Virus record (IMG/VR): IMGVR_UViG_2681813321_000021
Length of the DNA: 21,512 nucleotides
Origin: a virus
Lineage: Duplodnaviria; Heunggongvirae; Uroviricota; Caudoviricetes
Reading direction: 5' to 3' (one strand)
This document shows, piece by piece, positions 1 to 8,654 of this stretch (positions are counted from its first letter, which is position 1; each line of letters opens with the position of its first letter). A program made the translations under genes and the position numbers. Under the pieces are notes generated by a model, which did not search any database, was not told where the DNA came from, and was given only the letters and a program-made list of their open reading frames with translations.

Positions 1-171
1 ACTGCAATGGCTTCAATCAGTCTGATTCAGCTGAAATTGCAGGCCGGACGTAAACTGACGCAGGCAGAAACAACCAGCCTTAACGCTGTGCTGGATTACA
101 TTGACGCGGTGACGGCAACAGATACCAGCACCGCGCCGGATGTCATCTGGCCTGAACTGCCGGAGGCGTAG
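1..171 (+). CDS. Tail fibre assembly protein (Tfa/gpG-like), 3' portion, partial at window edge
   Basis: Same frame and sequence as the end of ORF 2749-3297. C-terminus ...TATDTSTAPDVIWPELPEA is typical of Tfa proteins (Mu U / P2 G family); stop TAG at 169-171. Confidence 0.7.
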   Translation, partial: TAMASISLIQLKLQAGRKLTQAETTSLNAVLDYIDAVTATDTSTAPDVIWPELPEA

Positions 172-583
172 GCCATTCAATATCTGGCGCACTGGCGGTA
201 TCGACCAGCTCCAGTGCGTCCAGATAATCCAGCCACAAATTATATTGTGCCAGTTCCTCACCTTTCAGACGACCAATAGCTGCTTTACCAGGCCATTGCT
301 TACCGTTCATATAATCGTTGGCCTGATTAATCAGTTGCTGCTTTTCCAGTTCGGCTGCAGCAATCTGTTCCTCATGTGTTGGTGGTGGAATTTCAGACCA
401 TGCAGGAAAACCATTTTCTCCAGCGATACGGATTTTTCCTTTCGGCGGTAATCCGGAAAACTCAATATACACTTGCTCATCAACTTCAACAGCATCATCT
501 GGCCATGAGTCAGCTTGAGTGTAATCCTCTTTCATCTCCAGCGAATAGAAAGAGTTTGTAGTCGCGGAATATATATAATTCAT
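143..583 (-). CDS. Alternate tail fibre assembly protein (Tfa', inverted cassette partner)
   Basis: 146-aa ORF ending ...DTASAPDIEWPTPPAVQAR (Tfa C-terminal signature). Its 3' end overlaps the plus-strand tfa 3' end by 29 bp, the convergent layout seen for U/U' in Mu G-segment-type cassettes. Confidence 0.75.
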   Translation of the reverse strand: MNYIYSATTNSFYSLEMKEDYTQADSWPDDAVEVDEQVYIEFSGLPPKGKIRIAGENGFPAWSEIPPPTHEEQIAAAELEKQQLINQANDYMNGKQWPGKAAIGRLKGEELAQYNLWLDYLDALELVDTASAPDIEWPTPPAVQAR

Positions 584-604
584 TTCTCATTCCATATAGC
601 TAAA

Positions 605-1009
605 TTAACAGCCTAACGCTAAAAATGAAGCGCCGAGACCTGGATTACTGGCTCTAGATATAAATTTAACCGGGTCGGGACTAAAACCTGCACAGGCAAT
701 ATAACCAACAGCCCCGCTATCTGGTGTGTAGTCTTGTGAGACCAAAACACGCAGACATCTGTTTGGAAATGCAATCGGGAAATGGGTTACTACATCCTGT
801 GCAATGCCTGGAGCGCCGATTGAGCCCCACTGAAGAATAAAACCAGATGGTAATTTTTGATATCCAGTACCTGAAACAGAAAGCGTGAAGCTACCCATAT
901 CAGGTATCTGATTCGTCCCTGTCCCCACATTCCTTTTTGCCGCTTCTCCCAAACCAACGTTTTCGTTTTTATCCCTACCTATACCAACTATGTATTTTTC
1001 ACGAAACAA
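605..1009 (-). CDS. Alternate tail fibre C-terminal (variable) cassette, silent in this orientation; the listed Met is probably not a true start
   Basis: Sits between Tfa' and the invertase with a hix-like site inside its 5' end. Gly/Ser/Thr-rich sequence typical of fibre distal domains. Position matches S'v of Mu or the alternative cassette of P1/e14. Confidence 0.6.
   Translation of the reverse strand: MFREKYIVGIGRDKNENVGLGEAAKRNVGTGTNQIPDMGSFTLSVSGTGYQKLPSGFILQWGSIGAPGIAQDVVTHFPIAFPNRCLRVLVSQDYTPDSGAVGYIACAGFSPDPVKFISRASNPGLGASFLALGC
944..969. promoter_or_regulatory. Candidate 26-bp recombination site for the invertase (hix/gix/cix-like)
   Basis: TTCTCCCAAACC-AA-CGTTTTCGTTTT. From memory, the left half-site and AA core closely resemble hixL (TTCTTGAAAACC AA ...) and cix; the right half is more degenerate. 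Lies 55 bp upstream of the invertase start, as expected. Confidence 0.45.
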
Positions 1010-1023
1010 AGAGGATGTTTTTT

Positions 1024-1623
1024 ATGCAAATTGGCTATATTCGTGTGTCAACAAATGACCAGAACACGGATTTACAACGCAATGCACTGAACTGCGCAGG
1101 ATGTGAACTGATTTTTGAAGATAAAATCAGCGGAACGAAATCAGCCAGACCGGGATTGAAAAAACTGCTCAGAACGCTATCAGAAGGAGATACGCTGGTT
1201 GTCTGGAAGCTGGACAGACTGGGCAGAAGTATGAAACACCTGATCACGCTTATTGAGGAATTGCGGGAAAAAGGTGTTAATTTCCGTAGTCTGACGGACA
1301 GCATTGACACATCAACACCCATGGGGCGTTTCTTTTTTCACGTCATGGGGGCTTTAGCCGAAATGGAACGTGAATTAATTGTAGAGCGTACACTGGCCGG
1401 GCTGGCAGCAGCACGCGCACAAGGACGCATTGGCGGACGTCGCCCGAAGTTGACAAAAGAACAACACGAGCAAATAGCGAGGCTGATTAAAAACGGTCAT
1501 GACAGGAAACAACTGGCGATCATTTACGACATCGGCATATCGACGATTTATCGTTATCACCCTGTAGGCGATATACAGGCTGAAGAAACAACCAGGCAGA
1601 CTCAGGAAAATGAAAACCGCTAA
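1024..1623 (+). CDS. pin: Serine DNA invertase, Pin/Hin/Gin/Cin family
   Basis: 199 aa: MQIGYIRVSTNDQNTDLQRNAL...VVWKLDRLGRSMKHLI...GRIGGRRPKLT, with catalytic Ser in the YIRVSTNDQ motif and a C-terminal HTH. GAGGA RBS upstream. The longer ORF from 937 is rejected. Confidence 0.92.
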   Translation: MQIGYIRVSTNDQNTDLQRNALNCAGCELIFEDKISGTKSARPGLKKLLRTLSEGDTLVVWKLDRLGRSMKHLITLIEELREKGVNFRSLTDSIDTSTPMGRFFFHVMGALAEMERELIVERTLAGLAAARAQGRIGGRRPKLTKEQHEQIARLIKNGHDRKQLAIIYDIGISTIYRYHPVGDIQAEETTRQTQENENR

Positions 1624-1642
1624 TCTGACCATTAGCGGTTTT
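1613..1642. terminator. Hairpin between convergent pin and gpU (AAAACCGCTAAT-loop-ATTAGCGGTTTT), probable bidirectional terminator
   Basis: 12-bp perfect inverted repeat overlapping the pin stop codon; A/T runs on both sides. Confidence 0.5.
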
Positions 1643-1649
1643 GCGTTAA

Positions 1650-2144
1650 TCAAAACAGCCCTTTAACGGAGCTGGCCGCGCTGTTAAGGGATGATGTGAC
1701 CTTATCTTTGAAGCCGGACAGCATATCACTGAACGATGAGGATTGCAGGCGCTCCCGCAAATCCTCATCACAGCGTTCAAGGGTCAGTGAAAATTCTATC
1801 TTTTTCGCCTTACCGTAGCGATCAAACTCGGAGCGGGTCGTATTCGTTTCAGTCAGTACATACATGCCGTAAATCTGCCCGACACCATCAATCAGAGGCC
1901 AGGGGCGTCCTGTATATGCCTGCGTGGTCAGCAACGAAAGCGACACTTCGCCACCTGTAATTTCAGGATAAAGCACACCAGAAAGAACGATGCGATCATC
2001 ACCTGCACCGATATACTGCCAGCTTGCTGAACGGTTAACGCGTTCATTTTTCACATGCCGCCAGCTTTTGTTTTGCTGTAACTGCTGATGCGGCAGCGTG
2101 CGCAGCTCAAAAACAAACATGCCGTAGATCATCATCATGGCCAT
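1650..2144 (-). CDS. P2 gpU-like tail protein
   Basis: 164 aa with the conserved block ...WRHVKNERVNRSASWQYIGAGDDRIVLSGVLYPEITGG..., matching the P2 gpU family as I recall it. Confidence 0.85.
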   Translation of the reverse strand: MAMMMIYGMFVFELRTLPHQQLQQNKSWRHVKNERVNRSASWQYIGAGDDRIVLSGVLYPEITGGEVSLSLLTTQAYTGRPWPLIDGVGQIYGMYVLTETNTTRSEFDRYGKAKKIEFSLTLERCDEDLRERLQSSSFSDMLSGFKDKVTSSLNSAASSVKGLF

Positions 2145-2150
2145 GACTCC

Positions 2151-2814
2151 TCAATCTTTATCGTAAAAACTGCCACGCCCGGCACGGGCGCGCCGTTCCA
2201 TTTCTGCCCTGACCATTTCACCGACCAGTTTCGCCAGTTCGCGGGGATTCTGTGTAACAACGTTATGCAGATGAACATGAATTTCACCGCCAAATCCGGA
2301 GGCAACAGGCTCCCGGTTACGGGAAGTTGCAGGAACTGATGCCACTGGCGATCGTATGGCCTCTGCCACCGGGCGGGAGCTGGCCGCAACAACAGGGACC
2401 AGCGCCGGAGGCAGCGGAGCCGGAACCACAGGTGTGATATTAATTGCGGGGGCAGGCTTACTGACCTGCGCAATCTTCCGCTCCTGCCACTCCCCACGAA
2501 CAGCAAGTGCGCGGGGCAGGTTCTTAAAGACAATATCGCCGGGGCCAATACGTTTTTTCGTCTCATCAACCAGCTTACCTGTGTTATCAGCAATTTTGCT
2601 GAGTCTGCGTAGCGTACCGGTATTGCTGTCTGTGAGCGGTTTGTTGTCTTTGGGTTTATCACCTCCGGTGCCATTGCCATTTTCCACAGGCTTCGGCGGA
2701 TTGATTTTCGCCAGGTCCCCCTGAAGCAAGGCAACCTTGTCCTGAAGAATGGCCGCACGCTGTGCGTCTTCGATTTTCTTGCGCGCCCTTTCCGCTTCAT
2801 CCGGAAGCACACCA
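2151..2814 (-). pseudogene. 5'-truncated copy of the tape measure gene (C-terminal ~221 codons), cut by the duplication junction
   Basis: Translation is identical to the C-terminus of the 947-aa ORF at 5277-8120. Identity stops at 2814; upstream of that on the minus strand is the reverse complement of tfa. Confidence 0.8.
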
Positions 2815-3297
2815 GGTGTCGGTATCCCTGCATATTCCTGTTTAGATGCCCCTGGCACATACAAAGCTGGTTATGCAATCTGCCGATCTGTAGATTTTAA
2901 CTCATGGGAATATGTGCCAGACCATCGCGGTGAAATCGTCTTTAGCACCGAAACAGGAGAATCAAAAGAAATCACAGCTCCGGGTGATTACCCTGATAAT
3001 ACAACCACTATCGCCCCGTTAACGCCATACGATAAATGGGATGGTGAGAAATGGGTGACGGATACCGAAGCACAGCATAGCGCCGCAGTAGATGCAGCAG
3101 AAGCACAGCGCCAGTCACTGATTGATACTGCAATGGCTTCAATCAGTCTGATTCAGCTGAAATTGCAGGCCGGACGTAAACTGACGCAGGCAGAAACAAC
3201 CAGCCTTAACGCTGTGCTGGATTACATTGACGCGGTGACGGCAACAGATACCAGCACCGCGCCGGATGTCATCTGGCCTGAACTGCCGGAGGCGTAG
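2815..3297 (+). CDS. Tail fibre assembly protein (Tfa), 5'-truncated at the duplication junction in this copy
   Basis: Open frame encodes ...YKAGYAICRSVDFNSWEYVPDHRGEIVF...DVIWPELPEA. There is no in-frame ATG between the junction (2815) and 3133; the listed Met at 2749 lies in reverse-complemented tape-measure sequence and so is chimeric. Confidence 0.6.
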   Translation, partial: GVGIPAYSCLDAPGTYKAGYAICRSVDFNSWEYVPDHRGEIVFSTETGESKEITAPGDYPDNTTTIAPLTPYDKWDGEKWVTDTEAQHSAAVDAAEAQRQSLIDTAMASISLIQLKLQAGRKLTQAETTSLNAVLDYIDAVTATDTSTAPDVIWPELPEA

Positions 3298-3709
3298 GCC
3301 ATTCAATATCTGGCGCACTGGCGGTATCGACCAGCTCCAGTGCGTCCAGATAATCCAGCCACAAATTATATTGTGCCAGTTCCTCACCTTTCAGACGACC
3401 AATAGCTGCTTTACCAGGCCATTGCTTACCGTTCATATAATCGTTGGCCTGATTAATCAGTTGCTGCTTTTCCAGTTCGGCTGCAGCAATCTGTTCCTCA
3501 TGTGTTGGTGGTGGAATTTCAGACCATGCAGGAAAACCATTTTCTCCAGCGATACGGATTTTTCCTTTCGGCGGTAATCCGGAAAACTCAATATACACTT
3601 GCTCATCAACTTCAACAGCATCATCTGGCCATGAGTCAGCTTGAGTGTAATCCTCTTTCATCTCCAGCGAATAGAAAGAGTTTGTAGTCGCGGAATATAT
3701 ATAATTCAT
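3269..3709 (-). CDS. Alternate tail fibre assembly protein (Tfa'), copy B
   Basis: Identical translation to 143-583. Confidence 0.75.
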   Translation of the reverse strand: MNYIYSATTNSFYSLEMKEDYTQADSWPDDAVEVDEQVYIEFSGLPPKGKIRIAGENGFPAWSEIPPPTHEEQIAAAELEKQQLINQANDYMNGKQWPGKAAIGRLKGEELAQYNLWLDYLDALELVDTASAPDIEWPTPPAVQAR

Positions 3710-3730
3710 TTCTCATTCCATATAGCTAAA

Positions 3731-4135
3731 TTAACAGCCTAACGCTAAAAATGAAGCGCCGAGACCTGGATTACTGGCTCTAGATATAAATTTAACCGGG
3801 TCGGGACTAAAACCTGCACAGGCAATATAACCAACAGCCCCGCTATCTGGTGTGTAGTCTTGTGAGACCAAAACACGCAGACATCTGTTTGGAAATGCAA
3901 TCGGGAAATGGGTTACTACATCCTGTGCAATGCCTGGAGCGCCGATTGAGCCCCACTGAAGAATAAAACCAGATGGTAATTTTTGATATCCAGTACCTGA
4001 AACAGAAAGCGTGAAGCTACCCATATCAGGTATCTGATTCGCCCCTGTCCCTACATTCCTTTTAGCCGCTTCTCCCAAACCAACGTTTTCGTTTTTATCC
4101 CTACCTATACCAACTATGTATTTTTCACGAAACAA
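3731..4135 (-). CDS. Alternate tail fibre C-terminal cassette, copy B
   Basis: As 605-1009, but with one amino-acid difference (Thr to Ala at residue 32) and two synonymous changes. Confidence 0.6.
   Translation of the reverse strand: MFREKYIVGIGRDKNENVGLGEAAKRNVGTGANQIPDMGSFTLSVSGTGYQKLPSGFILQWGSIGAPGIAQDVVTHFPIAFPNRCLRVLVSQDYTPDSGAVGYIACAGFSPDPVKFISRASNPGLGASFLALGC
4070..4095. promoter_or_regulatory. Candidate hix/gix-like recombination site, copy B
   Basis: Identical 26-mer to 944-969. Confidence 0.45.
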
Positions 4136-4149
4136 AGAGGATATTTTTT

Positions 4150-4749
4150 ATGCAAATTGGCTATATTCGTGTGTCAACAAATGACCAGAACACGGATTTA
4201 CAACGCAATGCACTGAACTGCGCAGGATGTGAACTGATTTTTGAAGATAAAATCAGCGGAACGAAATCAGCCAGACCGGGATTGAAAAAACTGCTCAGAA
4301 CGCTATCAGAAGGAGATACGCTGGTTGTCTGGAAGCTGGACAGACTGGGCAGAAGTATGAAACACCTGATCACGCTTATTGAGGAATTGCGGGAAAAAGG
4401 TGTTAATTTCCGTAGTCTGACGGACAGCATTGACACATCAACACCCATGGGGCGTTTCTTTTTTCACGTCATGGGGGCTTTAGCCGAAATGGAACGTGAA
4501 TTAATTGTAGAGCGTACACTGGCCGGGCTGGCAGCAGCACGCGCACAAGGACGCATTGGCGGACGTCGCCCGAAGTTGACAAAAGAACAACACGAGCAAA
4601 TAGCGAGGCTGATTAAAAACGGTCATGACAGGAAACAACTGGCGATCATTTACGACATCGGCATATCGACGATTTATCGTTATCACCCTGTAGGCGATAT
4701 ACAGGCTGAAGAAACAACCAGGCAGACTCAGGAAAATGAAAACCGCTAA
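4150..4749 (+). CDS. pin: Serine DNA invertase, Pin/Hin/Gin family, copy B
   Basis: Identical 199-aa translation to 1024-1623. Confidence 0.92.
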   Translation: MQIGYIRVSTNDQNTDLQRNALNCAGCELIFEDKISGTKSARPGLKKLLRTLSEGDTLVVWKLDRLGRSMKHLITLIEELREKGVNFRSLTDSIDTSTPMGRFFFHVMGALAEMERELIVERTLAGLAAARAQGRIGGRRPKLTKEQHEQIARLIKNGHDRKQLAIIYDIGISTIYRYHPVGDIQAEETTRQTQENENR

Positions 4750-4768
4750 TCTGACCATTAGCGGTTTT
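4739..4768. terminator. Hairpin between convergent pin and gpU, copy B
   Basis: Same inverted repeat as 1613-1642. Confidence 0.5.
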
Positions 4769-4775
4769 GCGTTAA

Positions 4776-5270
4776 TCAAAACAGCCCTTTAACGGAGCTG
4801 GCCGCGCTGTTAAGGGATGATGTGACCTTATCTTTGAAGCCGGACAGCATATCACTGAACGATGAGGATTGCAGGCGCTCCCGCAAATCCTCATCACAGC
4901 GTTCAAGGGTCAGTGAAAATTCTATCTTTTTCGCCTTACCGTAGCGATCAAACTCGGAGCGGGTCGTATTCGTTTCAGTCAGTACATACATGCCGTAAAT
5001 CTGCCCGACACCATCAATCAGAGGCCAGGGGCGTCCTGTATATGCCTGCGTGGTCAGCAACGAAAGCGACACTTCGCCACCTGTAATTTCAGGATAAAGC
5101 ACACCAGAAAGAACGATGCGATCATCACCTGCACCGATATACTGCCAGCTTGCTGAACGGTTAACGCGTTCATTTTTCACATGCCGCCAGCTTTTGTTTT
5201 GCTGTAACTGCTGATGCGGCAGCGTGCGCAGCTCAAAAACAAACATGCCGTAGATCATCATCATGGCCAT
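4776..5270 (-). CDS. P2 gpU-like tail protein, copy B
   Basis: Identical to 1650-2144. Confidence 0.85.
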   Translation of the reverse strand: MAMMMIYGMFVFELRTLPHQQLQQNKSWRHVKNERVNRSASWQYIGAGDDRIVLSGVLYPEITGGEVSLSLLTTQAYTGRPWPLIDGVGQIYGMYVLTETNTTRSEFDRYGKAKKIEFSLTLERCDEDLRERLQSSSFSDMLSGFKDKVTSSLNSAASSVKGLF

Positions 5271-5276
5271 GACTCC

Positions 5277-8120
5277 TCAATCTTTATCGTAAAAACTGCC
5301 ACGCCCGGCACGGGCGCGCCGTTCCATTTCTGCCCTGACCATTTCACCGACCAGTTTCGCCAGTTCGCGGGGATTCTGTGTAACAACGTTATGCAGATGA
5401 ACATGAATTTCACCGCCAAATCCGGAGGCAACAGGCTCCCGGTTACGGGAAGTTGCAGGAACTGATGCCACTGGCGATCGTATGGCCTCTGCCACCGGGC
5501 GGGAGCTGGCCGCAACAACAGGGACCAGCGCCGGAGGCAGCGGAGCCGGAACCACAGGTGTGATATTAATTGCGGGGGCAGGCTTACTGACCTGCGCAAT
5601 CTTCCGCTCCTGCCACTCCCCACGAACAGCAAGTGCGCGGGGCAGGTTCTTAAAGACAATATCGCCGGGGCCAATACGTTTTTTCGTCTCATCAACCAGC
5701 TTACCTGTGTTATCAGCAATTTTGCTGAGTCTGCGTAGCGTACCGGTATTGCTGTCTGTGAGCGGTTTGTTGTCTTTGGGTTTATCACCTCCGGTGCCAT
5801 TGCCATTTTCCACAGGCTTCGGCGGATTGATTTTCGCCAGGTCCCCCTGAAGCAAGGCAACCTTGTCCTGAAGAATGGCCGCACGCTGTGCGTCTTCGAT
5901 TTTCTTGCGCGCCCTTTCCGCTTCATCCGGAAGCACACCAAGCTTTTCAAGTATCCACGCCAGCGTATCCAGCAACATTTTTGCAGGCGTCAGAACAAGC
6001 TGTAACGCGCCACCAAGAACGTTGCCGAATACCTCGCCAGCACTGGTGCATTTATCCAGCGTTTCCTTGCTGGACTCCATCGGTGACAGCAGCGATTTAA
6101 ACCAGTTAAACACCTGGCTGATCCCGCTTCCGATTGCGTCAAAAACAGGGCCAAACCGTTCAAAGGTTTCGCGCAACGGGGCCAGTCGCTCCATAATCCC
6201 ACTGAACACCCCGGCATAAAACGCCTTGATGGGTTCCCAGTATTTCCAGATGAGAACCGCCGCAGCGACAAACGCTGCAGCAATCAACCCGACCGGACTG
6301 AACAGCGCCCCGATAGCGCCTCCCAGCAACGAGATGGAACCTGTTACCATTCCCCATAGTGCTGGCAGCACCCTGACGACATTCATTGATCCGGTCAGGA
6401 GAGAAAAACCAAGACGTAACGTGGCCAGTTTCCCGTGAAGCACACCAATAACCAGCGACAACGAGCCAACCGTTGCAGTCATTGCCAGCAGCGCACCGCC
6501 TGCTATCAGCAGCTGGCGCGTCAGTACCGGATGAGCCTGCGCCAGCGCCGTCACCTTTGAAACTACCCGCGTGAGCCACTGCGTGACAGAACGCAGCGGG
6601 CCGTCAATCAGATCTGCAATGCGGATGCGCAACCCTTCCCATGCACTGCCGAGTGATTTCAGATCGCCGTCAAGGTTGTTGGCCATAACCTTTGCCGTGC
6701 GTTCAGCCTCACCGCGCGCGCCTTCAAGTTCTTTTCTCAGTTTGGGTAAGGAGCCGTCACCTGCCGCATCAACGAGGGCCATAAATGATGTGAAAGCCTC
6801 TTCTCCGGCAATGTCCTTAAAGAACGATACCCGGTCAACTTCCCCGTATTTGCGGGTGGCTTTATAAAGGTCGGCCAGCACATCCTCCATCGGGCGCATT
6901 TTGCCGTTCGCGTCAGAGACTGCCACACCAAGCTCTTTCAGCGCCTCTGCTGCTGCCTTTGGCGGTGATGCCAGACGAGCCAGGCTGGCACGCATTGCCG
7001 TCCCGGCATCACTCCCTCTGATACCCATATTCGCCAGCACGCCCGCCATCGCTGCGGCCTGCTCCAGCGATATTCCCAGCTGACCCGCCACCGGACCTGC
7101 ATATTTCATGGTTTCGCCCAGTGCGCGAAGGTCAGTGTTGGTACGGGTAAATGCTGCGGTGAGCGTGTCGCCAACCCGGTCCATCTGGTCAGCAGAAAGG
7201 CCGAACTGCGTCAGGATATTTGAGCCAATATCCGCCGTCTCGCCGAGATCCATGCCGCCAGCCGTTGCCATGCTCAGCACGCCCGGAAGCGCAGCCTGAA
7301 TGGCCTGCGGAGTGAAGCCAGCCATTGCAAGAAATGCCTGCCCACTGGCGGCATCGCCTGCGGTGAACTGCGTTTCAGAGCCAAGTTTTAACGCCTGCTC
7401 ACGCAGCGCCTTAAACTGCGGGCTGTTCTGGTCGATTCGCGTCAGTGCCTGAACGCGGGACATCTCTTTCCCGAACCCGATCGCAGGCTGCAAAAAACGC
7501 CCGGCAGCATAGCCGCCCGCCGCTGCCGCACCAATTGCCAGTGCACCACCTGTTTTCAGTTTTCCCGCTGTTTCCTGCGCGCGCGAATACCGCTCACGCG
7601 CCCGCGTTACACGCGCAAGCGCCTGCCGTTCGCGTTCAAGCTGGTTGTTGTACTGCTCGGTGCGTCTGATGGCCTGCTGGATGGTGTTATCGCTGCCTGT
7701 CAGGGAAATGCCGTGGCGTTTCAGCTCTCCGCCAAGCTCCCGCATTTTCTGAATTTCCCGTGTGCGCGATTCATTCAGGCGTTCAAGCCGGGTGCTTAAT
7801 TGCTGCATCAGCTTTTGTTGTTTTTCGCTGAGCACTGTACCCGTGCGTTGTAACTGATTAAGGGCGTTAAGCTGGCGTCGTGCTTTCACGATGCCCGCAT
7901 CCGCTTTACTGACAGCGTCGCGGGCGCGCTCAAATGATCGCGCCTGACGCTCGAGATTTTTGATCGCCCCCTGCGTTCGCTGGATGGAGTCACCAAACTG
8001 CCCCATCAGGCGGCGGGCGTTTTCGGCAGGCCGGGTCAGCCTGTCAACGGCGCTGAAAGCGACCCGGATATCAAGAGTCTTCATTGTCTGCATTCCCGCT
8101 GCGAAGTGCCGCCCGCTCAC
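5277..8120 (-). CDS. Tail tape measure protein (P2 gpT-like); exact start uncertain
   Basis: 947 aa with a coiled-coil/Ala-rich N-terminal half, hydrophobic Gly-rich central segments and a Pro-rich C-terminus. Sits between gpE/E' and gpU as in P2. Confidence 0.88.
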   Translation of the reverse strand: MSGRHFAAGMQTMKTLDIRVAFSAVDRLTRPAENARRLMGQFGDSIQRTQGAIKNLERQARSFERARDAVSKADAGIVKARRQLNALNQLQRTGTVLSEKQQKLMQQLSTRLERLNESRTREIQKMRELGGELKRHGISLTGSDNTIQQAIRRTEQYNNQLERERQALARVTRARERYSRAQETAGKLKTGGALAIGAAAAGGYAAGRFLQPAIGFGKEMSRVQALTRIDQNSPQFKALREQALKLGSETQFTAGDAASGQAFLAMAGFTPQAIQAALPGVLSMATAGGMDLGETADIGSNILTQFGLSADQMDRVGDTLTAAFTRTNTDLRALGETMKYAGPVAGQLGISLEQAAAMAGVLANMGIRGSDAGTAMRASLARLASPPKAAAEALKELGVAVSDANGKMRPMEDVLADLYKATRKYGEVDRVSFFKDIAGEEAFTSFMALVDAAGDGSLPKLRKELEGARGEAERTAKVMANNLDGDLKSLGSAWEGLRIRIADLIDGPLRSVTQWLTRVVSKVTALAQAHPVLTRQLLIAGGALLAMTATVGSLSLVIGVLHGKLATLRLGFSLLTGSMNVVRVLPALWGMVTGSISLLGGAIGALFSPVGLIAAAFVAAAVLIWKYWEPIKAFYAGVFSGIMERLAPLRETFERFGPVFDAIGSGISQVFNWFKSLLSPMESSKETLDKCTSAGEVFGNVLGGALQLVLTPAKMLLDTLAWILEKLGVLPDEAERARKKIEDAQRAAILQDKVALLQGDLAKINPPKPVENGNGTGGDKPKDNKPLTDSNTGTLRRLSKIADNTGKLVDETKKRIGPGDIVFKNLPRALAVRGEWQERKIAQVSKPAPAINITPVVPAPLPPALVPVVAASSRPVAEAIRSPVASVPATSRNREPVASGFGGEIHVHLHNVVTQNPRELAKLVGEMVRAEMERRARAGRGSFYDKD

Positions 8121-8600
8121 GCCAGCTAACCACTTCGCCGGGCGTCATCATGAAGATTTCGGCGGGCGACCAGTTAAAAATAACGGCAATATCTGCCACA
8201 AAGTCTTCTATGTGCTCAAAGCACACAACCGTGATCAGGCTTCCGTCGCCTGTTCGTTCTTCCCGCCAGAGTCCGCACCGCTCAAAAAATTTACGGCAAC
8301 CACACATAACTGAATAAAGTCACGGGATGCCATTTTTTTGATCGTCACTTCATCCAGTCGCGGTGATGTCACGCGTGACAGCAGCGTAAACATGGCTTCC
8401 GCTTTCAGATTCAGCACATCAGACAGCGACAAATCTCGCAGAGATCCAGCCTGCTCAATAGCCCCGGTGATCTCCACATACGTGATTTTTTCGCCGCCTC
8501 GCTCAATTGGTTGGGTAAGTTTTACGCCACGCTCACTGGTTTCTTTCACAGTGTCAGCAACTACCGTGTTTTCGGTATCGATGTTTTTCGTCTCTTTCAT
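8071..8600 (-). CDS. gpE+E' produced by programmed -1 frameshift (E' extension 8071-8282)
   Basis: ORF 8071-8307 is in the -1 frame relative to gpE. Minus-strand heptamer T_TTT_TTG (plus 8283-8289) lies in the overlap, arranged as in P2 E/E'. Confidence 0.65.
8235..8600 (-). CDS. Tail assembly chaperone gpE (zero-frame product)
   Basis: 121-aa ORF immediately upstream of the tape measure gene. Its C-terminal region contains the slippery heptamer. Confidence 0.75.
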   Translation of the reverse strand: MKETKNIDTENTVVADTVKETSERGVKLTQPIERGGEKITYVEITGAIEQAGSLRDLSLSDVLNLKAEAMFTLLSRVTSPRLDEVTIKKMASRDFIQLCVVAVNFLSGADSGGKNEQATEA

Positions 8601-8654
8601 CAGGAAACTCCTTTCAGTCAGAGGCGACGCACTGCGCCGCCTGCATATTACTTA

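Larger units (their letters stand above)
1..2814. repeat. Copy A of a tandem direct duplication (window starts inside it); matches 3127-5940 at an offset of 3126
   Basis: ORF translations are identical between copies (13-261 vs 3139-3387, 143-583 vs 3269-3709, 1650-2144 vs 4776-5270). By direct comparison identity ends at 2814/5940. I found four substitutions, all at 916-1017. Confidence 0.9.
3127..5940. repeat. Copy B of the tandem duplication; the full unit is probably 2815-5940 (3,126 bp)
   Basis: Same as copy A. Unit length equals the offset, which fits a head-to-tail duplication whose first 311 bp of copy A lie upstream of the window. Confidence 0.85.

Noticed and set aside
916-1017. 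Diversity-generating retroelement as the cause of the clustered differences in the fibre cassette
   Set aside because: The substitutions are not adenine-specific, two are synonymous, and there is no reverse transcriptase or template repeat in the window.
937-1023. N-terminal extension of the invertase ORF (listed 937-1623, 228 aa)
   Set aside because: Copy B starts at the internal Met (4150) because of a stop upstream. The invertase family begins M-x-IGY-x-RVS, and a GAGGA RBS precedes 1024.
5261-7669. Numerous listed ORFs overlapping the tape measure gene on either strand (for example 5261-5950, 5482-5850, 5875-6219, 6160-6579)
   Set aside because: Alternative frames of a long GC-rich gene with low-complexity translations; the 947-aa frame explains the region.
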